Of a DNA stretch of 42,696 nucleotides, positions 30,128 through 41,599 are shown in pieces. A program made the translations under genes and the position numbers. How positions within the stretch are numbered: position 1 is the first letter of the stretch; each line of letters opens with the position of its first letter. The DNA lies in NCBI GenBank assembly GCA_021414185.1, contig JAIOOZ010000328.1, positions 1 to 42,696 on the forward strand. Reading direction: 5' to 3'. Under the pieces are notes generated by a model. It ran no database searches. It saw only the letters and a list, made by a program, of their open reading frames with translations, and had not been told where the DNA came from. This DNA comes from Betaproteobacteria bacterium (GTDB lineage: Bacteria; Pseudomonadota; Gammaproteobacteria; Burkholderiales; SG8-41).

Positions 30128-30967
30128 ATGGACCCGTCAACGCCATCCGCATTGCCGCCGATCGTACTCGCGTTCGCGGCGACCGATCCGAGCGGCGGGG
30201 CCGGCCTGCAGGCCGACGTCATGACGCTGGCTAGCATGGGCTGTCATCCGCTGTCGGTGGTCACCGCCATCACGATCCAGGACACCATGGGCGTCGAAGA
30301 GGTGATGGCGCTCGAGGCCGAGTGGGTGGCCGACCAGGCGCGCTGCGTGCTCGAAGACATGCCGGTCGCTGCATTCAAGATCGGCCTCCTCGGCAGTTCC
30401 GAAAATATATCCGCCATCGCGGAAGTGGTTTCCGATTATCCCGAAATTCCGCTGGTCCTCGACCCGGTGCTCGCATCCGGCCGTGGCGATGAACTCGTCA
30501 CCGAAGAGATGATTTCGGCGCTGCGCGAATTGCTGATACCGCAGACCACCATCCTCACGCCGAACAGCATAGAGGCGCGCCGTCTCACCCAGGAAGACGG
30601 CGAGGATGAACTCGATCTCGCCGAATGCGCGCGCCGCCTGCTCGCCATGGGCTGCGAATATGTGCTGATCACCGGCACGCACGAAAATACACCGCTGGTG
30701 GTGAATACGCTCTACGGCCAGGATGGCGTGGTGCGCACCGACAGCTGGGAGCGGTTGCCCGGCAGCTACCACGGGTCGGGTTGCACGCTGGCTTCGGCGA
30801 TTGCTGCGACCATCGCCAACGGCCTCAGCATCAGCGATGCGGTAAAGGACGCCCAGGAATACACGTGGCAGACCCTGAAGGCCGCGTTCCGGCCCGGCAT
30901 GGGGCAGCACATTCCCGACCGCCTGTTCTGGGCGCGCGAGGATGAGCCCGCTGATGGCACCGATTAA
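30128..30967 (+). CDS. thiD: Hydroxymethylpyrimidine/phosphomethylpyrimidine kinase
   Basis: 279 aa. DPSGGAGLQAD, KIGLLGS and GSGCTLASAIAA (ribokinase-fold anion hole). Confidence 0.9.
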   Translation: MDPSTPSALPPIVLAFAATDPSGGAGLQADVMTLASMGCHPLSVVTAITIQDTMGVEEVMALEAEWVADQARCVLEDMPVAAFKIGLLGSSENISAIAEVVSDYPEIPLVLDPVLASGRGDELVTEEMISALRELLIPQTTILTPNSIEARRLTQEDGEDELDLAECARRLLAMGCEYVLITGTHENTPLVVNTLYGQDGVVRTDSWERLPGSYHGSGCTLASAIAATIANGLSISDAVKDAQEYTWQTLKAAFRPGMGQHIPDRLFWAREDEPADGTD

Positions 30968-31580
30968 AGGGCTTTACGCGGTAACGCCCGATCTCGCCGA
31001 CACCGCGTTGCTCGTCGCCAAAGTGGAAGTGGTGCTGGCCGCCGGCGCGCGTTTGCTGCAGTACCGCAACAAGGGCGTCGATAACAGCACGCGCCGCGAG
31101 CAGGCTCAAGCGCTGCGCGACCTGTGCCGGCGCGATGGCGCCACACTCATCATCAACGACGATGTCGCGCTGGCGTGGGCGCTCGACGCCGATGGCGTGC
31201 ATGTAGGCGGCGATGATGCCGCAGTACCGGCTGCGCGCGCACAGCTGGGCCGCGACAAAATCATCGGCGCATCGTGCTATGACGATCTGCAGCGCGCGCG
31301 CGTAGCCGCCGACCAGGGTGCTGACTATGTCGCATTCGGCAGTTTTTTCGCGTCGTCCGTCAAACCCGGCGCAGTGCGGGCGCCGCTCTCCTTGCTGCCG
31401 GCGGCGCGGGCGTTTGGCCTGCCGGTGGTTGCTATCGGCGGCATCACGCTGGACAACGCAGGCCAGCTCATAGCTGCCGGCGCCGATGCAATTGCAGTAA
31501 TATCCGCGGTGTTTGCGGCGCCCGATACGGCGCTCGCGACACGCAACTTCTGTCAGTTATTTCAAGCGGCAAAGACATGA
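30942..31580 (+). CDS. thiE: Thiamine-phosphate synthase
   Basis: 212 aa. [23 protein letters not shown] and VAIGGI. The start may be ATG 30942 or 30954. It overlaps the thiD 3' end. Confidence 0.88.
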   Translation: MSPLMAPIKGLYAVTPDLADTALLVAKVEVVLAAGARLLQYRNKGVDNSTRREQAQALRDLCRRDGATLIINDDVALAWALDADGVHVGGDDAAVPAARAQLGRDKIIGASCYDDLQRARVAADQGADYVAFGSFFASSVKPGAVRAPLSLLPAARAFGLPVVAIGGITLDNAGQLIAAGADAIAVISAVFAAPDTALATRNFCQLFQAAKT

Positions 31581-32860
31581 CGTCTCGCAACGAAGAATTA
31601 TTTGCGGCAGCCCAGAAGGTCATTCCGGGCGGGGTCAATTCGCCGGTCCGCGCGTTTCGCTCGGTCGGCGGCACACCGCGGTTTTTCACGCGCGGCAGCG
31701 GCGCCCGCATGTGGGACGCCGACGGCAAAGAGTACATCGACTATGTCGGTTCATGGGGCCCGCTGATACTCGGCCACGCGCATCCGGCAGTCATCGCGGC
31801 CGTGCAACAGGCAGTCGCTCGAGGTTTGAGTTTCGGCGCGCCGACCGCGGCCGAAGTCGAACTGGCTGAATTGCTGTGCCAGCGCGTACCGGGACTGGAA
31901 CAGGTGCGCCTCGTCAGCTCGGGAACCGAGGCGACGATGAGCGCGATACGGCTCGCGCGCGGATTCACCGGCCGCTCCAGCATCGTCAAGTTCGAAGGCT
32001 GTTATCACGGCCACGCCGACGCCCTGCTGGTCAAAGCCGGCTCCGGCGCGCTGACGTTCGGCAATCCGAGTTCGGCCGGAGTCCCGGCGGAAACCGCCGC
32101 GCACACGCTGGTACTCGAATACAACAACGTCGCGATGCTGGAAGCCGCCTTCGCACGCGAGGGCGACAAACTCGCCTGCGTCATCGTCGAGCCGGTGGCC
32201 GGCAACATGAATCTGGTGATGCCTGACCGCGCTTTTCTCGACGCCCTGCGCGCCCTGTGCACACGCCACGGCACGCTGCTGATATTCGACGAAGTGATGA
32301 CCGGTTTTCGCGTCGGCCCACAGGGCGCGCAAGGCCTGTTCGGCATCACTGCGGATCTGGTTACGTTGGGCAAAATCGTAGGCGGCGGCATGCCACTCGG
32401 CGCTTTCGGCGGCCGGCGCGACGTGATGGCAAGCATAGCGCCGCTCGGCCCCGTGTATCAGGCAGGCACGCTGTCAGGGAATCCGGTGGCGGTCGCTGCC
32501 GGACTGGCAACTCTCAAAGCCATCGATACGCCGGAGTTTTTCGCGCGGCTTGCAACGGCCACACGCACCTTGACGGACGGCTTGACCGCTGCGGCCCGCG
32601 CCAGCGGCGTCGCATTTTCGGCGCAGGCGATCGGCGGCATGTTCGGCCTTTACTTCCACGCCACACCGCCGTCATGTTTTGCAGATGTCATGACTTGCGA
32701 CGTACCGGCATTCAATCGCTTTTTTCATGCCATGCTCGAGCAAGGCATTTATCTGGCGCCATCAGCTTTTGAAGCTGGCTTTGTTTCGTCCGCGCACAGT
32801 GCCGCCGATATCGAGCAAACGCTGGCGGCGGCGCGGCACTATTTTTCCGGCGCCGCCTGA
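31577..32860 (+). CDS. hemL: Glutamate-1-semialdehyde 2,1-aminomutase
   Basis: 427 aa. [25 protein letters not shown], and the PLP-lysine context [18 protein letters not shown] overlap with thiE. Confidence 0.95.
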   Translation: MTSRNEELFAAAQKVIPGGVNSPVRAFRSVGGTPRFFTRGSGARMWDADGKEYIDYVGSWGPLILGHAHPAVIAAVQQAVARGLSFGAPTAAEVELAELLCQRVPGLEQVRLVSSGTEATMSAIRLARGFTGRSSIVKFEGCYHGHADALLVKAGSGALTFGNPSSAGVPAETAAHTLVLEYNNVAMLEAAFAREGDKLACVIVEPVAGNMNLVMPDRAFLDALRALCTRHGTLLIFDEVMTGFRVGPQGAQGLFGITADLVTLGKIVGGGMPLGAFGGRRDVMASIAPLGPVYQAGTLSGNPVAVAAGLATLKAIDTPEFFARLATATRTLTDGLTAAARASGVAFSAQAIGGMFGLYFHATPPSCFADVMTCDVPAFNRFFHAMLEQGIYLAPSAFEAGFVSSAHSAADIEQTLAAARHYFSGAA

Positions 32861-32879
32861 GTTGCAGCGCGCACCCGAT

Positions 32880-32907
32880 AAAAAAGGCGGCCTTGGCCGC
32901 CTTTTTT
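32880..32907. terminator. Bidirectional rho-independent terminator between convergent hemL and the cytochrome c4 gene
   Basis: AAAAAAGGCGGCC-tt-GGCCGCCTTTTTT is a perfect 13-nt inverted repeat. The GC core is flanked by an A-run and a T-run, so either strand yields a hairpin followed by a U-tract. Confidence 0.85.
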
Positions 32908-32925
32908 AGTTGATTTGCTCGCGCG

Positions 32926-33552
32926 TCAACGCAGTCCCGCCATATATTCAGACACTGCTTTGATTTCCGCATCCGACAAACGGGCAGCAACCGCGCGCAT
33001 CATGCGGTTTGGATCGTTGGCACGCTCGCCCGCGCGGAACCCCTGCAGTTGGGCGACGGTATATTCGGCATACTGGCCGGCCACGCGCGGAAACTGCGCC
33101 GGAATTCCGGCGCCGCTGGGTCCATGGCAGGACGCGCAGGCAGCCACACCTTTGCTCATGATTCCGCCGCGATAAATCTGCTGGCCCAGCTTGACCAGCG
33201 CCGGATCTTTGGCAGCGCGGGTTTTCGGTTTCTGCGCTTCGAAATAAGCACCCAGATTTTTCATGTCCTGGGGGGACAGCGCGGCCGACATGCCGAGCAT
33301 GACGGGATTTTTGCGTTCCTTGTTGGCTTTGAAGTCGGCAAGTTGCTTTGCGATATAGTCGGCGTGCTGCCCGGCGAGCACCGGATTGGCGGGGCTTGGG
33401 CTGTTGCCGTCCGCAGCATGACAGGCGGCGCATACCTTGGTCACAATCGCTTGCGCCTGTGCCGGATCTGTTTTGGCCGCCGGCTCGGCAGCGTGGCCGA
33501 GCGGAACATAGGCTGCGCAGAACAAACCCAGCAGCACCGTAATAAATCTCAT
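32926..33552 (-). CDS. Dihaem cytochrome c4
   Basis: Within ORF 32926..33576. Start at ATG 33552 (MRFITVLLGLF), preceded by AGGGAG. It has a signal peptide and two haem-binding motifs, CAACH and CASCH, each followed by a distal Met region. Confidence 0.85.
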   Translation of the reverse strand: MRFITVLLGLFCAAYVPLGHAAEPAAKTDPAQAQAIVTKVCAACHAADGNSPSPANPVLAGQHADYIAKQLADFKANKERKNPVMLGMSAALSPQDMKNLGAYFEAQKPKTRAAKDPALVKLGQQIYRGGIMSKGVAACASCHGPSGAGIPAQFPRVAGQYAEYTVAQLQGFRAGERANDPNRMMRAVAARLSDAEIKAVSEYMAGLR

Positions 33553-33635
33553 GGGATCTCCCTTACCACGTTGCAACCTGACGAAAACGCCGTATTCTAT
33601 CGAAATCCCCCCTTACAGGCTAGGCTACGGTCGCA

Positions 33636-34262
33636 ATGTCCACGCTGCGCAATATTGAATTCGTCACTACCGTTGCGGATTTGCATACGCTGCCGTCCGC
33701 GCACGGCGCGGAAGTCGCGTTCGCCGGCCGTTCCAATGCCGGCAAATCGAGCGCGATTAATGCGCTGGCGCAGCGCAATCGCATGGCCTTCGTCAGCAAA
33801 ACGCCGGGCCGCACCCAGCATATTAATTTTTTCAGCGTCGGCCCCGACCGCTATCTCGTCGACCTGCCCGGTTACGGCTATGCAGCAGTGCCGGCGGCAG
33901 CGCGCGCGCATTGGCATGACCTGGTCGGCGGCTACCTGCAAACGCGAGCGTGCCTGCGCGGCGTGATCCTGATCATGGACGTTCGCCACCCGCTGCGCGA
34001 ACTCGACCAACAGTTGATAAACTGGTTGAAACCGACCGGCGTGCCGGTGCATATTCTGCTGAGCAAAGCGGACAAGCTCGGTCAGCAGAAGGCCAACGCG
34101 ACTCTGCGCGAGGTTAACGCCGCGTTGGCGCGCGACTACGTGAATTGCAGCGCGCAGCTATTTTCCAGCACGCGCAAAATCGGTATCGCAGACGCCGCCA
34201 AACAAATCCAACGCTGGTTGAGCGTTGGCGGGAATAAAAAACCCCCGGTTAAAGGGGAGTAA
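33636..34262 (+). CDS. engB: Ribosome-biogenesis GTPase EngB/YihA
   Basis: 208 aa. G1 GRSNAGKSS, G3 DLPGYGYA, G4 SKADK. Confidence 0.9.
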   Translation: MSTLRNIEFVTTVADLHTLPSAHGAEVAFAGRSNAGKSSAINALAQRNRMAFVSKTPGRTQHINFFSVGPDRYLVDLPGYGYAAVPAAARAHWHDLVGGYLQTRACLRGVILIMDVRHPLRELDQQLINWLKPTGVPVHILLSKADKLGQQKANATLREVNAALARDYVNCSAQLFSSTRKIGIADAAKQIQRWLSVGGNKKPPVKGE

Positions 34263-34383
34263 AACCGGGGGTGAAGCCTTAATAAAGATTAAGGCGCCCG
34301 CTCAGGGAGGAGAAGCGGGAGACGATTAAACGCCGTCTATTTCTAGGACTACTATAATTCCCGTGAGTTCCCTCGCCATTTAA

Positions 34384-35430
<1,047 letters not shown>

Positions 35431-35433
35431 GTT

Positions 35434-36033
35434 TCAGGTTTCTGCAATCAGGGCTTCCACCGCGTCGGCCTTCGCCCTTTCAATCGGCTTGCCCGCGATG
35501 CTGGTCTTCAGCGGCAGGCGCAGGTCGCGCGGCGACAGCAACGTCAGGTGCACGTCGTAACCATCGCGGTTGAAAATCAATACCGGCGCAGCGAGCGGCA
35601 TGTCGCCGGCAAAAAGGCGCGTCTCGGCGCTGCGAAAACGAATATCACGGCCGAGCAGAAAGTGCTCGACGCTCTTGGCATTGTCGTTAAATAGCTGCAG
35701 CTGGATGTCGGCATTGCTGCCGGCGCTGCCTCTCAGCACCGAACCGATCAGGTGCGGATTGAACGCGGCCAGTTCGCGCATGATGGCGAGCGCCAGTTGC
35801 CGCAACTCGCGCAGTTGCGCGGTATGGCCGTTCTGATAGAGCTCGCGATAAAGCCTGAGCTGCGCATCTATCTCGTCATTGTTGGGCATTTGCCGCGTAT
35901 CGGCCGCGCCGACCTGACGCGCCGCTTTGCGTTTGGCCTGCGCGTAGTCTTCGATGCCGTCTTCGGCCATCAGGCGCGCGGCAACATGCGCGATGCTTTC
36001 ACGCAGCTGGTTGCGGCCGGTATCGCGCGCCAT
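35434..36033 (-). CDS. Conserved-looking hypothetical protein, possibly a degenerate nucleotidyltransferase fold
   Basis: 199 aa. It begins 7 nt downstream of the mrcA stop on the same strand. GSVLRGSAGSNADIQL loosely resembles the GS...D-x-D minimal nucleotidyltransferase motif, but Gln replaces the second acidic residue. The assignment is weak. Confidence 0.5.
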   Translation of the reverse strand: MARDTGRNQLRESIAHVAARLMAEDGIEDYAQAKRKAARQVGAADTRQMPNNDEIDAQLRLYRELYQNGHTAQLRELRQLALAIMRELAAFNPHLIGSVLRGSAGSNADIQLQLFNDNAKSVEHFLLGRDIRFRSAETRLFAGDMPLAAPVLIFNRDGYDVHLTLLSPRDLRLPLKTSIAGKPIERAKADAVEALIAET

Positions 36034-36040
36034 GGCGGGT

Positions 36041-38368
36041 TCAGAACAACTGGCTTTTGACTTCTTCCGGCGGCTTTACGGCGCCCGGCGCTGCAGCCGG
36101 CGCCGACGCTTCGCCATCGCGCTCGGCGGGCAGAAATTCCTGATAAAAATACTCCGCGATGCGGCCGTCGGGATCGCGCAGTCCGCTTTCCGGATTGATG
36201 CGTGCTTGCACAACTGCCTCGGGAACGACGCGCGGCTGTTCTTCGACGCCTTTCATCACCTTGCCCATGTAGGAGATCCACATCGGCAGCGCGGCCTGCC
36301 CGCCGGTCTCGTTGTGGCCCAGCGTATGGGGGTTGTCGAAACCTATCCAGGCAACCGCCACCAGCCCGCTGCCGAATCCGCAAAACCACGCATCGACAAA
36401 TTCGTTGGTGGTGCCGGTCTTGCCGGCGAGATCGGTGCGACCGAGTTGCATGGCGCGCGTCGCAGTGCCCATCTTTACCACGTCCTGCAGCATATTGGTC
36501 ATGATGAACGCGTTGCGCGCGTCGATCGCGCGCTCGGCGGATTCTCCGGCCCGCTCGGGCCGCGCCTGCGCGACGATATTGCCCTTCATATCTTCGACGC
36601 GCGCGATGAAATACGGCGGCACGCGATAGCCGCCGTTGGCAAATACGCCGTAAGCGCCGACCATTTGCATGGGCGTGACGTTGCCGGCGCCGAGCGCCAT
36701 CGTCAGATAGGGCGGATGATATTTTGCTTCGAACCCGAAGCGCGTGATGTAGTCCTGTGCATACTGCGGCGTGATGGCCTGCAGTATGCGCACAGACACC
36801 AGGTTCTTGGATTTGACCAGCGCCGTGCGCATGCGCATAGGGCCTTCGAATTTGCCGTCGAAGTTCTTCGGCTCCCACGGCTCCGAGCCGGTCTGGCTCG
36901 CATCGAACACCAGCGGCGCATCATTGATGATGGTGGCCGGCGTGAAACCTTTCTCCAGCGCGGCCGAATAAACAAACGGCTTGAAACTCGAGCCCGCTTG
37001 ACGCAGCGCCTGCGTGACGTGATTGTATTTGTTGCGCGCGAAATCGAAACTGCCTACCAGCGCGCGGATGGCGCCGTCGGCCGGATCGGTCGATACCAGC
37101 GCGGCCTCGACCTGCGGCAATTGCGTGATCTGCCAATGGCCTTTTTCGTCCTTCTGTATACGGATGACCGCACCGCGCCGCACCCGCTGATTGGCGGGTG
37201 ACTTGTCGCCCAGCATTTTCTGCGCAAACTTGAGGCCCTCGCCGCTGATTTCCAGCGTCTCGCCGCCCTTGCGATAGATTTTGACCGCGCGCACGTTGGC
37301 GTCGAGCACCAGTGCCGGATAAATGTCATCGCTTTCGGTTTCATCCTGCAGCGCATCTTCGAAATCCTCGTCCGTCGGTTGCGGGCCGAGTTCGACGTAA
37401 CTTTCCGCGCCGCGATAACCGTGACGATGATCGTAGTCGATGACGCCGGCGCGCACGGCTGCGTAAGCCGCGTTCTGATGCGTGGCGGAGAGTGTCGTGT
37501 AGACCTTGAATCCGCGCGTGTAAATGTCGTCCTGAAAACGCTCGTACAGAACCTGCCGCACCATTTCCGCGAAGTGGTCGGCCTTGACCGCGAACTCGTT
37601 GACATATTTCTTGACGGTGAGCACCTGCTTGTCCGCCGCCTGCCATTGCTCGTCGGAAATAAAATCGAGTTCGCGCATGCGCCGCAAAACGTATTGCTGG
37701 CGCAATTTCGCACGCTTGGGATTGACGACCGGATTGAAGCTCGATGGCGCCTTGGGCAGGCCTGCGAGCATGGCCATCTCAGCGACGTTCAGCTGATCGA
37801 GCGATTTGCCGAAATAAATTTGCGCGGCCGCGGCGAATCCGTACGCGCGCTGGCCGAGATAGATCTGATTGATATAGAGCTCGAGTATCTGGTCCTTGGC
37901 GAGACCGTGCTCGATCTTGAACGCGAGCAGCATTTCGTTAAATTTGCGCGTAAAGGTTTTTTCCTTGGACAGAAAAAAATTGCGCGCAACCTGCATGGTG
38001 ATGGTGCTGGCACCCTGGCGCGCCCCGCCGGACACGAAATTCGACAGCGCGGCGCGAATGACACCGACATAATCGACCCCGCCGTGCTGGTAAAACCTCT
38101 CGTCCTCGGCCGCGAGTATGGCCTCGCGCATCTCCTTGGGCACGGCTGCGATCTTGACCACCGCGCGCCGCTCCTCCCCGAACTCCCCGATCAGCAATCC
38201 CTCGCTGCTATATACGCGTAGCGGAACCTTGGGTTGATAATTGGTCAGAACATCGATATCCGGAAGCGTCGGCCAGACAATTACTACAATAAAAACAATA
38301 ACTAAGACGCCAGCGGCGACAGCGGACAACAGCAGGGCAAGGGGAAAGGACCACCAGCGGGAAAACAT
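36041..38368 (-). CDS. mrcA: Penicillin-binding protein 1A (bifunctional transglycosylase/transpeptidase)
   Basis: 775 aa with an N-terminal TM anchor. GT51 motifs are EDERFYQHGGVD and RKFNEMLLAFKIE. Transpeptidase motifs are SSFKP (SxxK), SKN and KTGT. Confidence 0.93.
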   Translation of the reverse strand: MFSRWWSFPLALLLSAVAAGVLVIVFIVVIVWPTLPDIDVLTNYQPKVPLRVYSSEGLLIGEFGEERRAVVKIAAVPKEMREAILAAEDERFYQHGGVDYVGVIRAALSNFVSGGARQGASTITMQVARNFFLSKEKTFTRKFNEMLLAFKIEHGLAKDQILELYINQIYLGQRAYGFAAAAQIYFGKSLDQLNVAEMAMLAGLPKAPSSFNPVVNPKRAKLRQQYVLRRMRELDFISDEQWQAADKQVLTVKKYVNEFAVKADHFAEMVRQVLYERFQDDIYTRGFKVYTTLSATHQNAAYAAVRAGVIDYDHRHGYRGAESYVELGPQPTDEDFEDALQDETESDDIYPALVLDANVRAVKIYRKGGETLEISGEGLKFAQKMLGDKSPANQRVRRGAVIRIQKDEKGHWQITQLPQVEAALVSTDPADGAIRALVGSFDFARNKYNHVTQALRQAGSSFKPFVYSAALEKGFTPATIINDAPLVFDASQTGSEPWEPKNFDGKFEGPMRMRTALVKSKNLVSVRILQAITPQYAQDYITRFGFEAKYHPPYLTMALGAGNVTPMQMVGAYGVFANGGYRVPPYFIARVEDMKGNIVAQARPERAGESAERAIDARNAFIMTNMLQDVVKMGTATRAMQLGRTDLAGKTGTTNEFVDAWFCGFGSGLVAVAWIGFDNPHTLGHNETGGQAALPMWISYMGKVMKGVEEQPRVVPEAVVQARINPESGLRDPDGRIAEYFYQEFLPAERDGEASAPAAAPGAVKPPEEVKSQLF

Positions 38369-38615
38369 AGCCTAACCGGACAAAAAGTTGATTGTTGTAA
38401 AAAAACAACGGCTTAACATGTGGGTTGGGGAGAGTAAAAGCGGGCCGTGCCGGCACACGCTAAATAGTTAAGACATAAAGCGAATTCGGCACATTATAAG
38501 CCGTGCATCCGTTAAAAGGAACGGCGCGGAATTACTTTACATGCTAGTTAGTTGTTGTTAGCATTTAATGTAAATTATATAAACTGCTCCTAACCGGCCT
38601 ACGCTTAAGGGAAAA

Positions 38616-39707
38616 GTGAACTTTAACCTCGAATTTCTAGAGCGCCTGTTCAAGTCGAAAGCGCCCCCGTTGATCGGCTGCGATATCAGCTCGTCATCGG
38701 TCAAACTGGTCGAGATTGCCGAAGTCGGCAAGAACGTCTACCGGGTCGAGCGCTATTCGATCGAGCCGCTGCCGCGCGACGCAGTGGTTGACGGCAATAT
38801 CAATAATCTGGAAGCGGTCAGCGATTGCCTGAAGCGCGGCTGGAAGCGCATGGGCACGAATATCAAGGGCCTCGCGCTCGCGCTGCCCTCCGCGGCAGTC
38901 ATCACGAAAAAAATCGTGGTCCCGGCCGGCCAGCTGGAAAGCGAACTCGAACTGCAAGTCGAAACCGAAGCCAACCAGTACATTCCGTTTGCGCTGGACG
39001 AAGTCAACCTCGATTTCCAGGTGATCGGGCCCGCGCCCAACAGTCCAGACGACGTGGAGGTGCTGATCGCAGCGTCGCGCAAGGAGAAAATCGAAGACCG
39101 CGTCGCCGCCGCCGAAGCCGCCGGCTTGAAGGCGATGGTCGTGGACATCGAATCTTTCGCCATTCAGACCGCGTTCGAGCTGATCGAACGCGCACTGCCC
39201 GAAAACGGCAAAGACCAGAACATCGCCATCGTCGACGTCGGCACCACGATGATGAATCTTAATGTGCTGCGCAACGGCCAGTCGATCTACATGCGCGAGC
39301 AGCCGTTCGGCGGCAATACCCTGACGCAGGAGATCCAGCGCGCTTTCGGCATGTCGCCGGAAGAAGCGGAAGCCGCCAAACGCGCCGGTGGCCTGCCCGA
39401 CAATTATGACGCCGAGGTGCTGGCGCCGTTCATGGATACGCTGGGACTGGAAGTCGCGCGCGCGCTGCAGTTTTTCTTCACCTCGACGCAATACAACCAG
39501 GTGAACCACATATTGCTCGCCGGCGGCTGCGCCGCCATCCCGGGCATCGATGAAGTCACGACGCGCCGCACGTCGGTTCCCTCCATGATCGCCAATCCGT
39601 TCGCGAACATGGCGCTGTCGTCGAAAATCAGGCCGAAGAACCTCGCCACCGACGCGCCGTCGCTGATGGTGGCCTGCGGTCTTGCGATGCGGAGATTCGA
39701 CGCATGA
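38616..39707 (+). CDS. pilM: Type IV pilus assembly protein PilM (actin-like ATPase fold)
   Basis: 363 aa with a GTG start. IGCDISSSSVKLVEI and IVDVGTTMMNLNVL. Divergent from mrcA, as in many proteobacteria. Confidence 0.9.
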   Translation: MNFNLEFLERLFKSKAPPLIGCDISSSSVKLVEIAEVGKNVYRVERYSIEPLPRDAVVDGNINNLEAVSDCLKRGWKRMGTNIKGLALALPSAAVITKKIVVPAGQLESELELQVETEANQYIPFALDEVNLDFQVIGPAPNSPDDVEVLIAASRKEKIEDRVAAAEAAGLKAMVVDIESFAIQTAFELIERALPENGKDQNIAIVDVGTTMMNLNVLRNGQSIYMREQPFGGNTLTQEIQRAFGMSPEEAEAAKRAGGLPDNYDAEVLAPFMDTLGLEVARALQFFFTSTQYNQVNHILLAGGCAAIPGIDEVTTRRTSVPSMIANPFANMALSSKIRPKNLATDAPSLMVACGLAMRRFDA

Positions 39708-40366
39708 TACGCATCAACCTACTGCCGCATCGCGAGATCCGGCGCAAACAGCAGCAAAAAGAATTCTTCATCATGGTCGGCGCCGTGGCGGGACTGGGCG
39801 CGACCGTGTGGTTTGCGACCCACAGCTATCTGGGCGGCCAGCTCGAAGAGCAGAACGGGCGCAATACCTACCTCGAAACCGAAATTGCCGCGCTGGACAA
39901 GCAGATTGAAGAAATCAAGAAAGTCCAGGAACAAACCACCGCGTTGCTGCAGCGCAAGAAAATCGTCGAATCGTTGCAGGCCAATCGCGCAGAAACGGTT
40001 TACCTGCTGGATCAGCTGGTGCGCCAGTTGCCGGACGGGGTGTACCTGAAAAGCGTCCAGCAAAAAGGCGCCCGGGTCGCCGTCAACGGCTTTGCCCAAT
40101 CGAACGCCCGCGTCTCCACGTTCATGCGCAACCTCGAGTCATCGCCTTATCTCGAGAAGCCGAGCCTGATCGAAATTCACGCAATTCAGGACAAGACCTC
40201 GCGCCTGAGTGAATTCAGCCTCGCCGTTTCGCTGGCGCGCAGCAAGGAAGACCCGGCCGCCGGCAAGAAACCGGCTGCTGCCGCCGGCGCCGCCATACCG
40301 ACCGCGCAAGTCGTCGCACCTGGCGCTCCGGCCAAAGGCGCACCTCCCGCGGAAACCAAAAAATGA
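39704..40366 (+). CDS. pilN: Type IV pilus assembly protein PilN
   Basis: 220 aa. MIRINLLPHRE signature followed by one TM helix. Low-complexity Ala/Pro/Lys tail. ATGA overlap with pilM. Confidence 0.85.
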   Translation: MIRINLLPHREIRRKQQQKEFFIMVGAVAGLGATVWFATHSYLGGQLEEQNGRNTYLETEIAALDKQIEEIKKVQEQTTALLQRKKIVESLQANRAETVYLLDQLVRQLPDGVYLKSVQQKGARVAVNGFAQSNARVSTFMRNLESSPYLEKPSLIEIHAIQDKTSRLSEFSLAVSLARSKEDPAAGKKPAAAAGAAIPTAQVVAPGAPAKGAPPAETKK

Positions 40367-41013
40367 TGACCTTAGACGATCTCCGGCGCCTCGACCCCAA
40401 GAGCATCGGCAGCTGGCCGGCGCTGCCCAAGCTCGGCATCCTGTTGCTCGCGTTCATCGGCATTATCGTCGGCAGCTACTTTCTGGACTGGCAGGGGCAG
40501 CTCGAGTCGATTGACGCCTCCCTGAAAAAAGAACAGACGCTGCGCACCACGTTCATCGACAAGAAGAAGCAGGCGATCGATCTCGACGCTTACCGCAAGC
40601 AGCTGGCCGATATCGAGAAATCGTTCGGCACGCTGCTCAAACAACTGCCCAGCAAATCCGAGATGGAAGCCTTGCTGACCGACATCAACCAGGCCGGACT
40701 GGGACGTGGGCTTCAATTCGAATTGTTCAAACCCGCGGCCAACGAAACGCTGTCCGAGTTTTACGCGGAACTGCCGATCAGTATCAAGGTCACCGGCAGC
40801 TACCACGACATGGGCGCCTTCGCGAGCGACATTTCGAAACTGTCGCGCATCGTGCTGTTGAACGATGTCAGCCTCGCCCTGAGCCCCAAGGAGGGTGGAT
40901 TGACGATGGACGCGATCGCGAAGACTTACCGCTATCTCGACGAAGAAGAAATTGCGAAGGCAAAGAAAACCGCCAAGGACAAAGCGGGTAAAGCAGCGGC
41001 GGCCAAAAAATGA
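40363..41013 (+). CDS. pilO: Type IV pilus assembly protein PilO
   Basis: 216 aa with a single N-terminal TM helix, then coiled-coil, then a ferredoxin-like core (ELPISIKVTGSYHDMGAF). ATGA overlaps on both sides. Confidence 0.85.
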   Translation: MMTLDDLRRLDPKSIGSWPALPKLGILLLAFIGIIVGSYFLDWQGQLESIDASLKKEQTLRTTFIDKKKQAIDLDAYRKQLADIEKSFGTLLKQLPSKSEMEALLTDINQAGLGRGLQFELFKPAANETLSEFYAELPISIKVTGSYHDMGAFASDISKLSRIVLLNDVSLALSPKEGGLTMDAIAKTYRYLDEEEIAKAKKTAKDKAGKAAAAKK

Positions 41014-41534
41014 TCCGGCGAATTCTTATTCCAATGTTGATTTGCCTGGGCCTCGCGTCCTGCGGCGGGGAATCGTATTCGGATCTGCGGCAGTTCGTGA
41101 AAGAATCGGAAAATCTGCCGCACGGCAGAATTCCGCCGCTGCCCGACGTCAAGCCGTACGAGCCTTTCACGTATGACGCCTACAACCTGGTCGATCCGTT
41201 CAAGCCGCGCAAGATCGAGCCGCCGAAGACCCTCGCCGGCGGCGGTATCCAGCCGGACCTCGCGCGCCGCAAAGAACCGCTTGAAGCGTATCCGCTGGAG
41301 AACCTGCGCATGGTCGGCACGCTGCAGCAGAACAAGGCGACCTACGCGCTGGTGAAAAGCCCTGACAACAACCTGTTCCGGGTCAAGTCCGGCAACTATC
41401 TTGGACAGAATTTCGGCCTGATCACGGAAATTTCGGAATCGACGATCAAATTGAAGGAAATCGTGCAGGACAGCGGCGGCGACTGGACCGAGCGTGTCAG
41501 CACGCTGACGCTGGCAGAGGATGCAGGCAAATGA
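41010..41534 (+). CDS. pilP: Type IV pilus assembly lipoprotein PilP
   Basis: 174 aa with lipobox LASC (MLICLGLASCGG). The C-terminal beta domain carries LENLRMVGTL and ALVKSPDNNLFRVKSGNYLG. Confidence 0.82.
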   Translation: MIRRILIPMLICLGLASCGGESYSDLRQFVKESENLPHGRIPPLPDVKPYEPFTYDAYNLVDPFKPRKIEPPKTLAGGGIQPDLARRKEPLEAYPLENLRMVGTLQQNKATYALVKSPDNNLFRVKSGNYLGQNFGLITEISESTIKLKEIVQDSGGDWTERVSTLTLAEDAGK

Positions 41535-41599
41535 ATCGGTGCAGCAGTAGTGGCCGCAACTACCGCATCAGCGGCCGGCCGAACATATCAGGAGGCATT

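Noticed and set aside
38371-38597. A 9-bp direct repeat CCTAACCGG flanks the AT-rich mrcA-pilM spacer, which could be read as a target-site duplication of a MITE-like insertion.
   Set aside because: No terminal inverted repeats lie inside the direct repeats. An AT-rich divergent promoter region is expected at this conserved junction.
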